A stretch of DNA of 63,322 nt, filler included, from Octopus bimaculoides (GCF_001194135.2; 13 parts of 10 records of this genome joined end to end with filler, not necessarily neighbours in it), one strand, 5' to 3'. Positions 1 to 14,227 are shown, counted from the first letter of the whole stretch. Notes: generated by a model from the sequence alone, not told the origin. Program-made: numbers and translations.

Positions 1-420
1 TATATATATATATATTGATAGATAGAGAGATAGATAGTTAGATAGATATACAGACATATATATATATATGTATGTATGTATCTATGTATGTATGTATCTA
101 TGTATGTATGAAAATCGCCGTAGATTACTTGAATCATTGTGATGTAGATGTAAAAATGATACATTGCGAAAGGGAAAGTTAAGTAATCCTCATATTTCTC
201 AGTCCCAAATGACCGTCATCAGAAGTGGACGGCGAAAATGAAACGTAGGATTACTTAGATCCCGCCATGTTAAAAGTTGCGTGAATGAGGATCTACGTAA
301 GCTGTCATGATATCGGTCTTTGTGCCTGAAATATATAAATGTTGCTTAACTAAGAAGCTCTTTGACTTCATTCTTTATTTTGCTTCTCATAAACATGAAT
401 AATTGTACATGTATGCATAC

Positions 421-498
<78 letters not shown>

Positions 499-760
499 TT
501 ATATATATATATACATACATACATACATTTATATATGCATATATACACATGTGTGCATGTATTTATGTTTATGTGAGTGTGTATGTACAACTATGACTCC
601 ACGTTTCACTTCTCTTCCGAATATGTGTAGGATGTCCATGCCTATAGCTCTGTCAGACGTTTGTAGTTAGTGATTGCTGTTGATTAGAGAGATCGAACTG
701 ATAGTTTGTCGGGGCGTTTATAAATTAAGGCGGGAAGATTTGAGTCTCTANNNNNNNNNN

Positions 761-812
<52 letters not shown>

Positions 813-1612
813 TCTCCCTCTCTCTATCCCTATCTCTCTCTCTCTCTCTCAAACAGCGGGGGAGGTTTGTTTATCCTGAAATAACAAATTGTTGAACTAA
901 TATTATAAGTACTTTCTGTAAAAGATTGTATTGGATAAGAATTATCTTTTTTGGAAGAACTGAACAGCGCCTTTAGAAAAGCTTGTTTACATAATAGCAT
1001 TTATTGTAACTATCTTTGAATAATCTGTATCGATTATCTCAAGTCACATATAATTTAAATCTTTGCTGTTGTTATTTATGTCATTTGATTATAGTTTTGA
1101 TATAGAAATATTTGTTATCAAATATTGATTGTTGATGATGTAACTATACTTTTTTGTAATCTGAATATTCACGCAGTGAAATATTACCATATTATTGTAT
1201 AATGCACTAATGCTAATATCGTATTTACTTTATTTGATACGGACAATTCAGGATGAACTGTTTAAAAATAAAAAAAATATCACTATGTATTTCATTCTAT
1301 TATAATAGATCGTATATGCGAGAAAACACAAAAACATGTATACATATACATCTGACCCCGCTTGGCTACAGTTCCTATAGTACTGTCGGAGATAATGCTT
1401 CTTGTCTTTTCTCTGAAAACGTTAAAATTTTTATCAATTTTTCGTCCTACTTTCTATCATCACCGAGCTAATCAGGACGATATATCTACCTCCAATATTA
1501 AAAAAGGTTCTACACTTCCGGCCAGCACATCTGAAGAGTTGTCAATATTGCCGAGTGCAAAAGGTCGGCGTAAAACCGTCGCCAACATTCTGACTATATG
1601 CTATGATCTGGC

Positions 1613-1913
1613 ACTCTGTTGGTTACGACGACGCGTGTTCCAACTGATCCGATCGATAGAAAAGCTTACTAGTGATATTAGCATCCAAGTGGCTGAGTAC
1701 TCCACAGATATGTGTACCCTTAACGTAGTTGTCAGGAAGACACAGAATGTGACAAGGCTGGCCCCTTTGAATTACGGGTACTATTCATTTTTGCCAGCTG
1801 ATTGGATTGGAGTAGCTCGAAATAAAGTGTCTTGCTCAAGGACAGTACGCGCCGCCGTGAATCAAACTCAGAGCTTTATGACTGTGAGTCGAACACCGTA
1901 GCCACTGAGCCAC
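1613..1913 (-). mobile_element. Diverged tRNA-derived SINE with the 16411-type tail but a different body
   Basis: Shares the gtggctgag.actccacaga.a.gtgtacccttaacgtagt tail. The body contains the ttgagcaagacactttattt motif. Confidence 0.75.
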
Positions 1914-1955
1914 ACAGGTGTATGGTATAGCCACACAGATACTTCTACACAATAC

Positions 1956-2527
1956 CATGTGTGTGTGTGTGTGCGTGCATGTGCGTGTCTGTGTGTGTCT
2001 GTGTGTCTGCGTGTGTGTCTATGTGTGTGTTTGTTTGCGTGTGTCTATGTGTGTCTGTCTGTGTGTGTTTATATGTGTGTGTTTGTGTGTATATGTGTGT
2101 GTCTGTGTGACTGTGTGTGTATGTGTTTGTGTGTGTGTTTGCGTGTATGTGTGTGCGTGTGTGTGTCTATGTGTGTGTCTGTGTATGTGTGTGTGCCTAT
2201 GTGTGTGGTTATGTGCGTATGTGTTTGTGTGTATATGTGTATGTGTCTGTCTGTCTGTGTGTTTATGTGTGTGTGTTTGTGTGTGTATTTGTGTGTGTGT
2301 CTGTGTGTTTGTGTAGTTGTATGTGTGTGTGTCTGTGTGTTTGTATGTGTTTGTATGTGTGCGTGTGTTTGTATGTGTGTGTCTGTGTCTATGTATTTGT
2401 GTATTTGTGTGTGTGTATGTGTGTGTATGTGTATGTGCGCGAGTGTGTCTTTGTGTGTCTGTGTTTGTGTGTGTGTATGTGTGTGTGCGTGCGTGTGTGT
2501 GTGTGCGTGTGTGTGTGTGTGTGTGTG
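1956..2527. repeat. ~570-bp degenerate (TG)n microsatellite
   Basis: Direct reading; it is the source of the poly-CV and poly-TH ORFs. Confidence 0.97.
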
Positions 2528-3904
2528 AGGTCACTCTTAGTGATGCTGGTAACATATAGTCTGGAATGCAGTACAGCCTGTCGTACGATCGAGCCATTGG
2601 CATCTGAACTGGCAACGCTATCAAGCTTCGATAAGGCGGGTGGCTTTCTTTGAAGACATTGTAGAACGAAAAGCAAAACCTATCAAAAGAAGGATGAACT
2701 TAGCAGAGTAAATAGTGGCATTCATGCAATGGGCTGAGTGATGCGTTGTGTTCTTGAGCAAACACAATATTTCAAGATGCCCCCATCCATTCAGCTGGCA
2801 GAAATGAGTAGCCCAGGGACGGACCGTTTCCCGTGCAGCGGAGCGGAAATATATATAAGATAGAGAATCCGGGAAAATGGTTTTACAAGCCTAGGTGTCG
2901 GAAAGGACAGACAGAGAGACAGACAGATAAGTAAACGCGATTGACACTGCTTTCACATTTAATNNNNNNNNNNNNNNNNNNNNNNNNNNNNNNNNNNNNN
3001 NNNNNNNNNNNNNNNNNNNNNNNNNNNNNNNNNNNNNNNNNNNNNNNNNNNNNNNNNNNNNNNNNNNNNNNNNNNNNNNNNNNNNNNNNNNNNNNNNNNN
3101 NNNNNNNNNNNNNNNNNNNNNNNNNNNNNNNNNNNNNNNNNNNNNNNNNNNNNNNNNNNNNNNNNNNNNNNNNNNNNNNNNNNNNNNNNNNNNNNNNNNN
3201 NNNNNNNNNNNNNNNNNNNNNNNNNNNNNNNNNNNNNNNNNNNNNNNNNNNNNNNNNNNNNNNNNNNNNNNNNNNNNNNNNNNNNNNNNNNNNNNNNNNN
3301 NNNNNNNNNNNNNNNNNNNNNNNNNNNNNNNNNNNNNNNNNNNNNNNNNNNNNNNNNNNNNNNNNNNNNNNNNNNNNNNNNNNNNNNNNNNNNNNNNNNN
3401 NNNNNNNNNNNNNNNNNNNNNNNNNNNNNNNNNNNNNNNNNNNNNNNNNNNNNNNNNNNNNNNNNNNNNNNNNNNNNNNNNNNNNNNNNNNNNNNNNNNN
3501 NNNNNNNNNNNNNNNNNNNNNNNNNNNNNNNNNNNNNNNNNNNNNNNNNNNNNNNNNNNNNNNNNNNNNNNNNNNNNNNNNNNNNNNNNNNNNNNNNNNN
3601 NNNNNNNNNNNNNNNNNNNNNNNNNNNNNNNNNNNNNNNNNNNNNNNNNNNNNNNNNNNNNNNNNNNNNNNNNNNNNNNNNNNNNNNNNNNNNNNNNNNN
3701 NNNNNNNNNNNNNNNNNNNNNNNNNNNNNNNNNNNNNNNNNNNNNNNNNNNNNNNNNNNNNNNNNNNNNNNNNNNNNNNNNNNNNNNNNNNNNNNNNNNN
3801 NNNNNNNNNNNNNNNNNNNNNNNNNNNNNNNNNNNNNNNNNNNNNNNNNNNNNNNNNNNNNNNNNNNNNNNNNNNNNNNNNNNNNNNNNNNNNNNNNNNN
3901 NNNN

Positions 3905-4385
3905 GTGCGATTGGCCAGAGAGGTAAGTGTTTGTCTCTAATCCTTTCTCTCGAGTCCACCACGCACATTTTTTCACCATGGCCACCAGTACGATGAAGAC
4001 TGCTTTGCCTTTCCGGTTGAGGGAAGGTGGTGAAGCAATTATCACGATAGACCAGGCCGACAGGCGGACTCGTCCCACACGTGACAGCAGCCGTTCGGCA
4101 TAAGCCCGCAGAACCGAAATGGTTGGACACTGCACGAGTGCGTGCAGAACGGTTTCGTCGCTCTGACCGCATCTCGGGCAAGTCGGTCCGACGTGTCTCG
4201 AACCGAACCGTGCCTGTAGAGCTTATCCCGAACACGTAATGCTTCGCGATAGCACTGCCAGGCCAGGAATCTTTGGCGATTGTCCATAGGTCCCGGCCCG
4301 AAAGTTGTCCTGAACAGGCGAGTTAGGTGTTCCTCGTCGACGCCGAGATTCTGCCCGCGAACATCGTCGCACCTCCCCTCAGCTA
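3905..4385 (-). mobile_element. Tx1/L1-like LINE ORF2 C-terminal (zf-RVT-like) fragment
   Basis: LAWQCYREALRVRDKLYRHG and PPSLNRKGKAVF...WWTREKGL, homologous to the copies at 44497 and 51385. Runs into a gap. Confidence 0.8.
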
Positions 4386-4425
4386 ATTCAGGCAGACAGA
4401 CAGACAGACAGACAGACAGATAGAC

Positions 4426-4480
<55 letters not shown>

Positions 4481-6261
4481 CTTACAATAACTTTACAGCC
4501 AAGGTAATAAACGTAAGGTACCTCGTAATAACGTCAACACAAGTTATCCCAATTGAATACGATTTTGTCTCAGTATTTCGTACACACCCTCCACTCTTTA
4601 ACTACTACAATGGCTGTCACCCGATTCGACATGAATTTGATGAACTTTAATTATTAATGGCAGGCTGATCTATGTTAATCCACATTGCGGTCAATATTTC
4701 TTTCAGTGTAATCGACCTAATTTTTATAATCTTGCACTGAACCTTCTGTCGAGATGTTTCTATATCTGCTCTGTTGGCTCTTTTAGATCAAATTCGCAAT
4801 TTTGTGTCGTTCTTGTCAGAGGAGATTTGATTCCGTGAGTTCTGTTCCATGCTGGTAATCTCTTGTGCGGCACGGGTTCCAAACTTTTTGAAAACTATTG
4901 GTCTCCTCATCAATTCCTACATTGAAACAGGCGAGTAATAGCGTCTCTTCAAGTATTTGACAATATTTTATTTTAAAACCCAGTTTTCATCTTCGACAAA
5001 TGTAACCATGATCGTCCTCTTCAGAATAGTTCTCTCCATTGTTTATAAACAGTTTTCGGCGTTATTTTCAGTTGTGAAGCATATCCTGGAAGTCATTTTG
5101 TAGTGGTCAGTTTCTTTAACGAATTTTCTGACACCAAATCTACCGTCTGATCTGTCATTTTGCAAATCTTCAGTTTCGCCCCATCTGAGAGTCACAGAAA
5201 ATGAGTTTTCCATGAACTGGTACGTTGTCATGATTTATTACCCAGCTTTTGGTTGTGGTTTTGTCTATGCTTCATTCATCTTTGCTTCCATTTCCCTACG
5301 GCATAAAAACTCTTGCTTGATCGTCTGACCACTTAAAATAAAGTTATGATCATTGATGTCCTTCCGGTCAAATGAACAAGATTAACACTGCTTTCACATT
5401 TGATCGGTTTTGACGTCATTTTTCCCACCTAATCTCGACGACGGTAATCCCACTCCCTACGAAGATTGATATTTTATTTCGAAATCATAGCTGTGCAGCC
5501 ATGTTCTATCACATTTCATGACACCTTTTATTGAAGTCTTCACTCCCATTTGAACCATCAGACTGATCCTAGCTGACATTGACTCGTTTCTCTTGTTCTT
5601 CTTTCAGCAGACGCAACGCATGTTTTTGTGAGACTCATGATTGTGTGTGTGTATATGTGCGTGTGCGCATGTTTCTATGGATATTTGTATGCTTGTGCAT
5701 GTGTGTAATTACTTTTAAATGTATGTGTATTCACTTTTGTTCAAATGTAAATACATGTACATCTTTCACCAATAGATATCGACCTAATATTCACACATCC
5801 TGTTCGTATATTATCATTTACTCCACCTTCTTGTCTCCCTTTCGCCTCTTCATTTCGTTTATTTTGTCCTCCTTTTCCTTCCTCATTATTTTTCCATATT
5901 GCCTACAACAAAAACAACAACAGCAACAAAAACAAGACGGACAATCCTCTCATATTATCGGCAGCATGACAGAGTAGTTATTGCTCAATAATATCCCTTA
6001 TTTCCTTTATTAGTGGTGCAAAACGGAAATACGTCTTCTAAATGAAATGCCTACATAAACAGATCATTATTCTCTTATTATGTGTGTCTCCACGGAAACG
6101 AATTCTTCAAGATCGTTATTTTTGTCCCTCTTTAACACACAATTGAAGATAATGAATATTATTATTATTAGTTCTTTCTGCTTCATGAGCTTTTCTCATT
6201 GCTGCCTGATACTTTATAGCTATGTTATGTAGTTCAGGTTTAGCAGTTTTTATTGTTGTTA

Positions 6262-6325
<64 letters not shown>

Positions 6326-6326
<1 letters not shown>

Positions 6327-6648
6327 TTTGCTTTTCAGAGCTCTCGCTCTTACTTGCTCTGGTTGGTTTTGTGAGAGCAGACTGCAACCTGTTGTCAGAG
6401 GTGTCACAGGGTCTCTTTCTGCAAATTATACACTTTGGTACTTGAATGTTAACTTATCATGGCCGACGCTCAACACCCAAGCATCAGTCTCAAAATCCTA
6501 GCTGTCCTCAATAGAGAAGTTTTTCGTGGGGACGGGGGATCTGCTCCGCCCTCATGTCAATTCCGATTCCTCCGTCATATTTCTCGAACTTGGTTGTTAG
6601 TGCTCCCAGTGTCCCTACAGCAACTGGGACAAAAGTTACACTTCTGAT
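6326..6648 (-). mobile_element. R4/Dong-like RLE retrotransposon 3' end, family B
   Basis: VTFVPVAVGTLGALTTKFEKY...KTSLLRTARILRLMLGC-stop, a distinct 3' UTR, then (TAA)n. Confidence 0.8.
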
Positions 6649-6693
6649 TATTACTTCTTATACGCACAACAGATTGAGCTGTTGGAAATTATA

Positions 6694-6744
<51 letters not shown>

Positions 6745-6938
6745 GTTCAGTAGTTTTATTTTTATAATGTGCTTTCACTTCACTACCGAGCGCAGCTCTG
6801 TGTGCCTTGGGTAAGTGCTGTGGTTTGCTGTGGTGCTCTTATGGTTACTGTATTGAAAGTGTTTTGCGTAGGATGTGTGTAGTGCCTAGTAGTGCAATTT
6901 TCTGTATGTTATATATATTTGTAAGTCCTGGTGTTTTT
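6745..6938 (-). mobile_element. R4/Dong-like RLE retrotransposon 3' end, family A, 5'-truncated
   Basis: PGLTNIYNIQKIALLGTTHILRKTLSIQ-stop plus the shared 3' UTR ending ...ctactgaac|aataataat. ATT tracts on both sides. Confidence 0.88.
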
Positions 6939-6950
6939 ATTATTATTATT

Positions 6951-6994
<44 letters not shown>

Positions 6995-6996
6995 AA

Positions 6997-7208
6997 GGCG
7001 TCGAGTTGACAGAATGCTTAGTGGTATTTCGTCTGTCGCTACGTTCTGAGTTCAAATTCTGCCGAGGTCGACATTGCTTTTCATCGTCTTGAGGTCGATA
7101 AATTAAGTTGAAAAATGGGATCGATGTAATCGACACATCCCCTCCCCAAAATGGCTGACCTTGTGACAAAATTTCGAACCACTATTATTATTATTATTAT
7201 TATTATTA

Positions 7209-7257
<49 letters not shown>

Positions 7258-7460
7258 GGCGGTGAGCTTGCAGAATAGTTAGCACGCCGGACAAAATGCT
7301 TGGCAGCATTTCGTCCGTCTTTACGTTCTAAGTTCAAATTCCACCGCAGTCGACTTTGCCTTTCATTCTTTCAGCCTCTATAAAATTAACAGGTGAATCG
7401 ATGTAATCTACTTACCCACTCCCTGAAATTGCTGGCCTTGTGACCAAACTTGAAACCAAT
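6997..7460 (+). mobile_element. Two copies of the abundant SINE separated by (ATT)n
   Basis: Heads at 6997 and 7258, with the same core. Confidence 0.85.
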
Positions 7461-7578
7461 ATTATTATTATTACTATTGACTATTCGTGGGTCAAAGGGA
7501 CATGCAACATCAACTATATGTCATATGTGGTGCACCTTGTCCACCACCGCTAGGTCCTGTCTTATTATTATTATTATT

Positions 7579-7957
7579 GTTCAGTAGTTTTATTTTTATA
7601 ACGTGCTTTCACTTCACTACCGAGCGCAGCTCTGTGTGCCTTGGGTATGTGCTGTGGTTTGCTGTGATGCTCTTATGGTTACTGTATTGAAAGTGTTTTG
7701 CGTAGGATGTGTGTAGTGCCTAGTAGTGCAATTTTCTGTATGTTATATATATTTGTAAGTCCTGGTGTTTTTGTTATGTATTTGTCTGAATATTTTTTTT
7801 ATTATACCTAAGGCACCTACTATGATAGGAATTGTTTCTGTTTTTAGATTCCACATTCGAGTTACCTCTATTTCCAGGTCTTTGTATTTTGAAAGTTTTT
7901 CCATTTCTTTCAGGGAAACGTTGTCATCTGCTGGTATTGATACATCAATTAGAAAGC
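7579..7957 (-). mobile_element. R4/Dong-like RLE retrotransposon 3' end, family A
   Basis: FLIDVSIPADDNVSLKEMEKLSKYKDLEIEVTRMWNLKTETIPIIVGALG...LLGTTHILRKTLSIQ in one open frame. The 3' end joins (TAA)n. Confidence 0.92.
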
Positions 7958-8001
7958 NNNNNNNNNNNNNNNNNNNNNNNNNNNNNNNNNNNNNNNNNNN
8001 N

Positions 8002-8013
8002 TTAATTAATTAA
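8002..8013. other. Assembly linker TTAATTAATTAA inside a 100-bp gap join; also at 13197, 22724, 25903, 34435, 35948, 37500, 44441, 48005, 55695, 59559 and 61905
   Basis: An identical palindromic 12-mer with TAA in all six frames, always centred in N runs. Confidence 0.95.
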
Positions 8014-8057
8014 NNNNNNNNNNNNNNNNNNNNNNNNNNNNNNNNNNNNNNNNNNNN

Positions 8058-8095
<38 letters not shown>

Positions 8096-8142
8096 TACAT
8101 AAATATATAGATAAATAGTATGTGTGTGTGCATATGTGAATA

Positions 8143-8184
<42 letters not shown>

Positions 8185-9264
8185 TATATATATATATCAT
8201 ATTTTTTGCTCTCTAACGTAAATAATATATCGCTCCATTAAATCTGTACATTTCTTCTTTATAATCTACCATCCACCTTCTGATAAGACGTCACTTTAGA
8301 AGATAAACTCAACCTTTTAAAAGTGATACATGACCCATGGTAGAAGGTATTATATATTGAAGTTCGTGCTGTTCAGCTTTTACTGTTTCATAAGTCGTGT
8401 GCCAGTAAAGAAAGAGGGAAAACAGAAGTGAAATTCTAGTTAAACGTTGAGGGAATCGTTTTGTAGTCTTTAAAATCTCTGCCAACTTGTGCAGTTCAGG
8501 GATTTTCTATATCCTATAGCTCGATCTGTTTAAAAATAGAATTGAAATCGTCTTCAGGTTCGTGTGTCTTTTATAAAATGGAAGTTCCCGTTCTATAATG
8601 TTGTCGTGAATATATTACGTTTGCAGAAATTAAACAACACGATAATCAGATATTTACAACGGAACATTTTTGGTCGTAGGCCTGATAGACTTGGTATATG
8701 CCATGGACCAGAGTAACTGACAGGATGGCAGCATACGTATGCAATAAGATTCCATATCAGGCTCCCAACTTGTGTTTTATCGCCGGCACGATATTGGCCC
8801 CAAGTTGCCAAGAAATTTTGTTGACTACATCATTTAGTACGGAACCTTCTTTCTTACGTAGTAGGACACGATTTAAAGGACAATTAGCAGTTATTATTCG
8901 GGTTTCGATCTACTACAAGCTGCCGTATCGTAACCTTGTAAAATTGACAAACTTTTGTGTTACTATGTTCAATAATTCCGTATCAATAGATAAAATTGTT
9001 TCGGGAAAATAACTTAATTGGAGCTCATAACGTAACCTAGATATTCTAAATTACTTCCAATTTAGAAACTAGGTCAACAAATTTAGTGGGATGAGATTTA
9101 GTTTATACCATCAACACAGAAAGGATGAAGGAAATTTAACCCCACCGGGATTTGAATTCAGAACGTAGCTTGTACGAAGAAATACCAGACAGTGTTGTGG
9201 CCTACTTTAACATTGTTGTCATCCCAACGCCTTCCTAGGTAGTCTAAGTAACTGGAAAATATTC

Positions 9265-9478
9265 TTTTCTGCTCTAGACACAAGGCCTGAAATTTTGGGC
9301 GAGGGGGCCAGTCGATTAGACTAACCCCAGTACGCAACTGGTAATTCATTTATCGACCCCGAAAGGATGAAAAGCAAAGTTGACCTCGGCGTAATTTGAA
9401 CTCAGAATGTAAAGACAGACGAAATATCGCTAAGCATTTTGCCCGGCGTGCTAACGTTTCTGCCAGCTCTCTGCCTTC
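9265..9478 (-). mobile_element. Abundant short tRNA-derived SINE (head ggcggcgagctggcagaa)
   Basis: 17-bp TSD gtaactggaaaatattc at 9248-9264 and 9479-9495. Conserved gaggtc.actttgc.tttcatcctttcggggtcgat core. Confidence 0.92.
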
Positions 9479-9671
9479 GTAACTGGAAAATATTCCAGCA
9501 CACCTATACGATACTAAAGTAAAATATATTCAACCAATAAGTGACGACGGATTGAGTTACGGAGAATCTTTGAATAAAATAATAAAATTCAGCCCTTCAC
9601 TGTTTTTGTTATTTCTGCTATTCATAAGGTATCTACTGTACGCTCAGTAAATACTTCGAATCGCTCTAGAT

Positions 9672-9930
9672 CAGTGCTACTCAAAGTGGTGGTCCACTAA
9701 CTGGTGCGGTCCTCGGACCATCAGCTGCCGGTACGCGGCGTGTTTCCAGAAAAGAAACATTGTAACGTGCTTATAAAAAGCTTATATAATATTGTATTAT
9801 TTGTTTACAAATTAAATATAAATTGAAAAAATTGTCAACTTTTATTGTTTTCATTAGATATTTTGCTTCCAGTATAAATTACTATTACTAAGAAATATTA
9901 CCGGTCCCTGGCACACTGGAAAAAAAACTA
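9672..9930. mobile_element. hAT MITE remnant lacking one end (a lone 3' end also lies at about 21594-21748)
   Basis: ctctagat|cagtgctactcaaagtggtggtcc terminus. Confidence 0.6.
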
Positions 9931-10856
9931 TATGTATGTATAATTATATATGGTAAGCGTAATTAATGCAACTGAGGGGTTTGGAAAAAAACTCGAAGCC
10001 TAACAATACATTATATAAATAAGATATGAAGTTGACATTTTAAGACTAAAATTCCTCCAACATTGACTTCAGCTCATAATCATTCCTCCTGGTCTATAAT
10101 TGAAATAGTAACAGTCATATATGTAAGTGGTTAATTCAACTAAATCTCTTCCTGCATCTCTTTTTACCCTTGTCCCTTCCACGTTTGTAATATTCTACCA
10201 ACATTGGTAATAATTACTTTTTCTTCTGTCACCTACTATTCTAGTTTCCACCAGTTACAAAACCACCATTTTCTCATTTATTAAGTTAAACGACATTTTA
10301 ATTTTGTTATTCATTTGTCCATGTCTGTCGTATTGAGGAAGTGATCTATTTATTCATTTATATTTTTATCTATTCATTATATTGTTTAAATCCCTTACTC
10401 TTTATGGAGAGCTGTCGGCAATTGAGTCCGGGTTAGTCTATATGTCATTAGTGATAAAACAGAATCAAATTTGAAATGCGTTTTCCCCAATAGAGAAACC
10501 ATGTTTTACAATAGCAAACTTCAAATATGTTGCCACTTTATTAATGAAGCTAGAATCTTATGTATAAGAGATTTTTAATTATTATTGCTTATGTTTATTG
10601 CTGTCACTGTTATTTTGCCAGTATGTAAACCTTTGCTAGCCGTTATGGAATTAATTTACAATTGTCATCTACGACTCGCTGTTCCAGGTATTCTCAATGC
10701 TTTCTATGAAAGGGCCTGGCCAACCAAAGACACAGTAGTATATTTGGTACTCGGAAACTGAAAGAATCGTGTTGTATATATGTATATATGTATATATATG
10801 TATATATATATGTATATATATAGAGAGAGAGAGACAGACAGACAAACAGACAGGAC

Positions 10857-10918
<62 letters not shown>

Positions 10919-12876
10919 GTGCAATGATGTGAGCTTTTGTGTTTGTATTTGAACCCCGCTGCGACTTGTCAACCGATGTTGGTTTGTGAAATTCTCCGAA
11001 ACTTTTCGATAAAAAAAACCAAAAAAAAAACAGAATAATTACTAAAGCTAGGAAAGAAATTTATTGGGTCGATTAGTTCGACAAAACATTTTAAGGTGGT
11101 GCCTAAGCGTAAGTGTCGTCTAAGGATAGAAAAAAATAATGTGGCCATTTTAAGGCAGTTTTGTCGATGGGGGGGGGGGGCATGAAGCTTTTGTTGTTTA
11201 AGTGTATCTTTGTGTTGTTGGACGTTTTGGTCCGACAGTCATAGTACAATGGTACCAATCAATGATTCATGACATATAGATATAAAATAAGGTAAACTGT
11301 TGACCTTCAGTTTAGGTTTATTGGGGTCTTGTAAACGCTTATGACAATAGTTTTCTGGGCTCAATAGAGTTCCATGGGGAGTGATTTTTCCTTTTAAATC
11401 GGGCCCCGAAGTAATATTACTGAGGAGAGAGAGAGTTGACATTGCATGGCTGAATGGTTGAAGATTGAGGTTCGCAATCCTGAGATCTCGGGTTCGTCTC
11501 ACAGCGTGCTAGTTTGCGAAAGTCAGTTTTACTAATGCGATCACAAAGATGACGAAGAGATAATGATGATGATCATCATCATCATAATCAACATCGTCAT
11601 CGTCATCATCGTTATAANNNNNNNNNNACAATTCATATACACTTCTTAAACTGGTTTAAAGCTGGCAACTATTACTGCACATTTGTGTATGTAACCTATA
11701 CACATGTGTCTATGTGTGATGTGTGTGTACATCTGTGTGGGTACATATGTTTCTATGAGTTCATCTGGAGGTTATTTAATATATGTAGACAAACCTATGA
11801 AAACATGCTTCTTTGTGTTAGTTGATATATATATATATATATATATATATCGGTATATATATGGTTTCATAAGAGTCAAAGCACATCGAATCGTAGGGCG
11901 CTTAAAATGGCTACCTACATTACAAGAACTCACATTGAGGTAAAGAACAATGAATACATGAATTGTTCGTAGGCTACTGTAGATATGTAAGTATCAAATC
12001 CGATTTAGACCATCGATCCGAGTCAGGGGTTGATCTTTCGTGTGACTCAGGTATAAGAATTAAACACAAATAGCGTCTAAAACTTACGACAGCTGTTTCG
12101 AGAGAATTTTACTTATTTAATGCAGTTTTAAAACATTACATCATAATATATAATCCAAAATAATCAGGTAAAATTTTAATCAGGTAATCATATGTGAACA
12201 AAATGGTTGTAAGCATTTTGTTCAAACATGCATATATAGATAATGACAGACGGACGGACAAACGGACAGACAGACATACAGACAGAAAGACAGACAGATA
12301 GATAAGATAGATAAATAGATAGATAGATAGATAGAGAGATAGATAGATAGATAGACATTTTTTAGAATCTTAAGTGATCTGTTATCATTTAGACTCCGCC
12401 ACTCCGCCACTTCGCCCTTTACCCCTATGATATTATAATAATTGGTAGGACAGAAATAATTTGCATTTGAAAGACAAGAAGATCGAAAAAGATAACATCA
12501 CAGTCCACACTAACTAGATTATGATTTCCCAAACATTACTCAACTCGCCAACACACGAGTAACACTTGTGAAAAAATCATCAATATCTTTCGTTTTCATT
12601 TCTACCTGTACTATTACAAGCCTCGGTGCCTTAAATTTGGCAGTCTTCAAGGTTTAATTTCCTTCAAAGTAAACATTGTTGATCCGATTTACGACGCATT
12701 TTATCGGACTATGCTTCATATCGTACTCCGCCACATAAGATATTGAAAAATTTGTATATATTTACTTGGATTCATATACATTCATATATGTACATGTGCC
12801 TGTCCAACTGTACACACAAACACACACACATACGTATGTATGTAGGTATACACACATACACACACACACATACATA

Positions 12877-13002
12877 GTCGCAGGAGTGGCTGTGTCGTAA
12901 GTAGCGTGCTCCCCTACCTCGGGCAAGTGTCTTCTACTCGAGTCGACCAAAGTCTTGTGAGTGGATTTGGTAGACAAAAACTGAAAGAAGCACGTCGTAT
13001 GC

Positions 13003-13033
<31 letters not shown>

Positions 13034-13152
13034 TGTGTGTGTGTGTGTGTGTGTGTGTGTCTGTCTCTCTGGCTGTCTCTCTGGCTGTCACCCCACCATC
13101 GCTTGACAACAGATGTCGGTGTGTTTACGTCTCCGTAACATAGCAGTTCGGC
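12877..13152 (+). mobile_element. Composite SINE copy with internal (TG)n, cut by a gap
   Basis: Same 5' half, (TG)n, and start of the 3' half in the same order as 60488. Confidence 0.82.
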
Positions 13153-13604
13153 NNNNNNNNNNNNNNNNNNNNNNNNNNNNNNNNNNNNNNNNNNNNTTAA
13201 TTAATTAANNNNNNNNNNNNNNNNNNNNNNNNNNNNNNNNNNNNNNNNNNNNATATACATATGTATGTATGTATGTATTAAAGAAAAAGAAGATCAATTT
13301 ATTGTTTTAATATGACAATATGATCGATTATCGATATTAAATTCTTGAGATTTGAAAATATGTGTGCCAGTCTGAGGAGATTTGGATGTGTTTGGGGGTG
13401 TAGCAGTGGTGGTGATGGTTGCTATCAGTATGGAGTGTGTATGTGGAGAGGAGTAGGTATGTGTGTATTTGTGTATGGGTGCGTGTGTGTCTGTGTGTGT
13501 GTTGTGGGGTGTGTTTTTACATATGTGTGGATGGATGTGGATAGACATATGCTCAATACATACAAAGACGCAAACCTATAGATGGTCATATATCTATCTA
13601 TCTG

Positions 13605-13659
<55 letters not shown>

Positions 13660-14182
13660 GTGTACATATATATGTATATATNNNNNNNNNNNNNNNNNNN
13701 NNNNNNNNNNNNNNNNNNNNNNNNNNNNNNNNNNNNNNNNNNNNNNNNNNNNNNNNNNNNNNNNNNNNNNNNNNNNNNNNNNNNNNNNNNNNNNNNNNNN
13801 NNNNNNNNNNNNNNNNNNNNNNNNNNNNNNNNNNNNNNNNNNNNNNNNNNNNNNNNNNNNNNNNNNNNNNNNNNNNNNNNNNNNNNNNNNNNNNNNNNNN
13901 NNNNNNNNNNNNNNNNNNNNNNNNNNNNNNNNNNNNNNNNNNNNNNNNNNNNNNNNNNNNNNNNNNNNNNNNNNNNNNNNNNNNNNNNNNNNNNNNNNNN
14001 NNNNNNNNNNNNNNNNNNNNNNNNNNNNNNNNNNNATGAAGGAGAATGTTCTCTATGTGGCTCGTGTGTTCTCGTCTACGTTTGTTTGCAATGTCCTGTA
14101 CCCAGATATGCACCTATACATACAGGTGGATGTCGGTATGCACATACCTGTACGTATATATGCATATACTCATTTATTATTT

Positions 14183-14227
<45 letters not shown>

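Noticed and set aside
2861-2895. KIENPGKW, resembling the oxidase ENPGKW motif
   Set aside because: It lies in a degenerate SINE tail and has no downstream Cys/His ligands; chance match.
4600-5340. Possible very old Tc1/mariner remnant on the minus strand
   Set aside because: Only faint motif resemblances, in the wrong order, and no TIRs; not supportable by eye.
6338-6438. Apparent signal-peptide exon LSLLLALVGFVRADC after a good acceptor, a tempting oxidase N-terminus
   Set aside because: It is the antisense strand of the family-B retrotransposon 3' UTR.
8627-8715. RYLQRNIFGRRPDRLG, resembling the cupredoxin PDRIG motif
   Set aside because: No following YKKA or GPxI motif, an early stop, and no compatible phase; not supportable as the missing exon.
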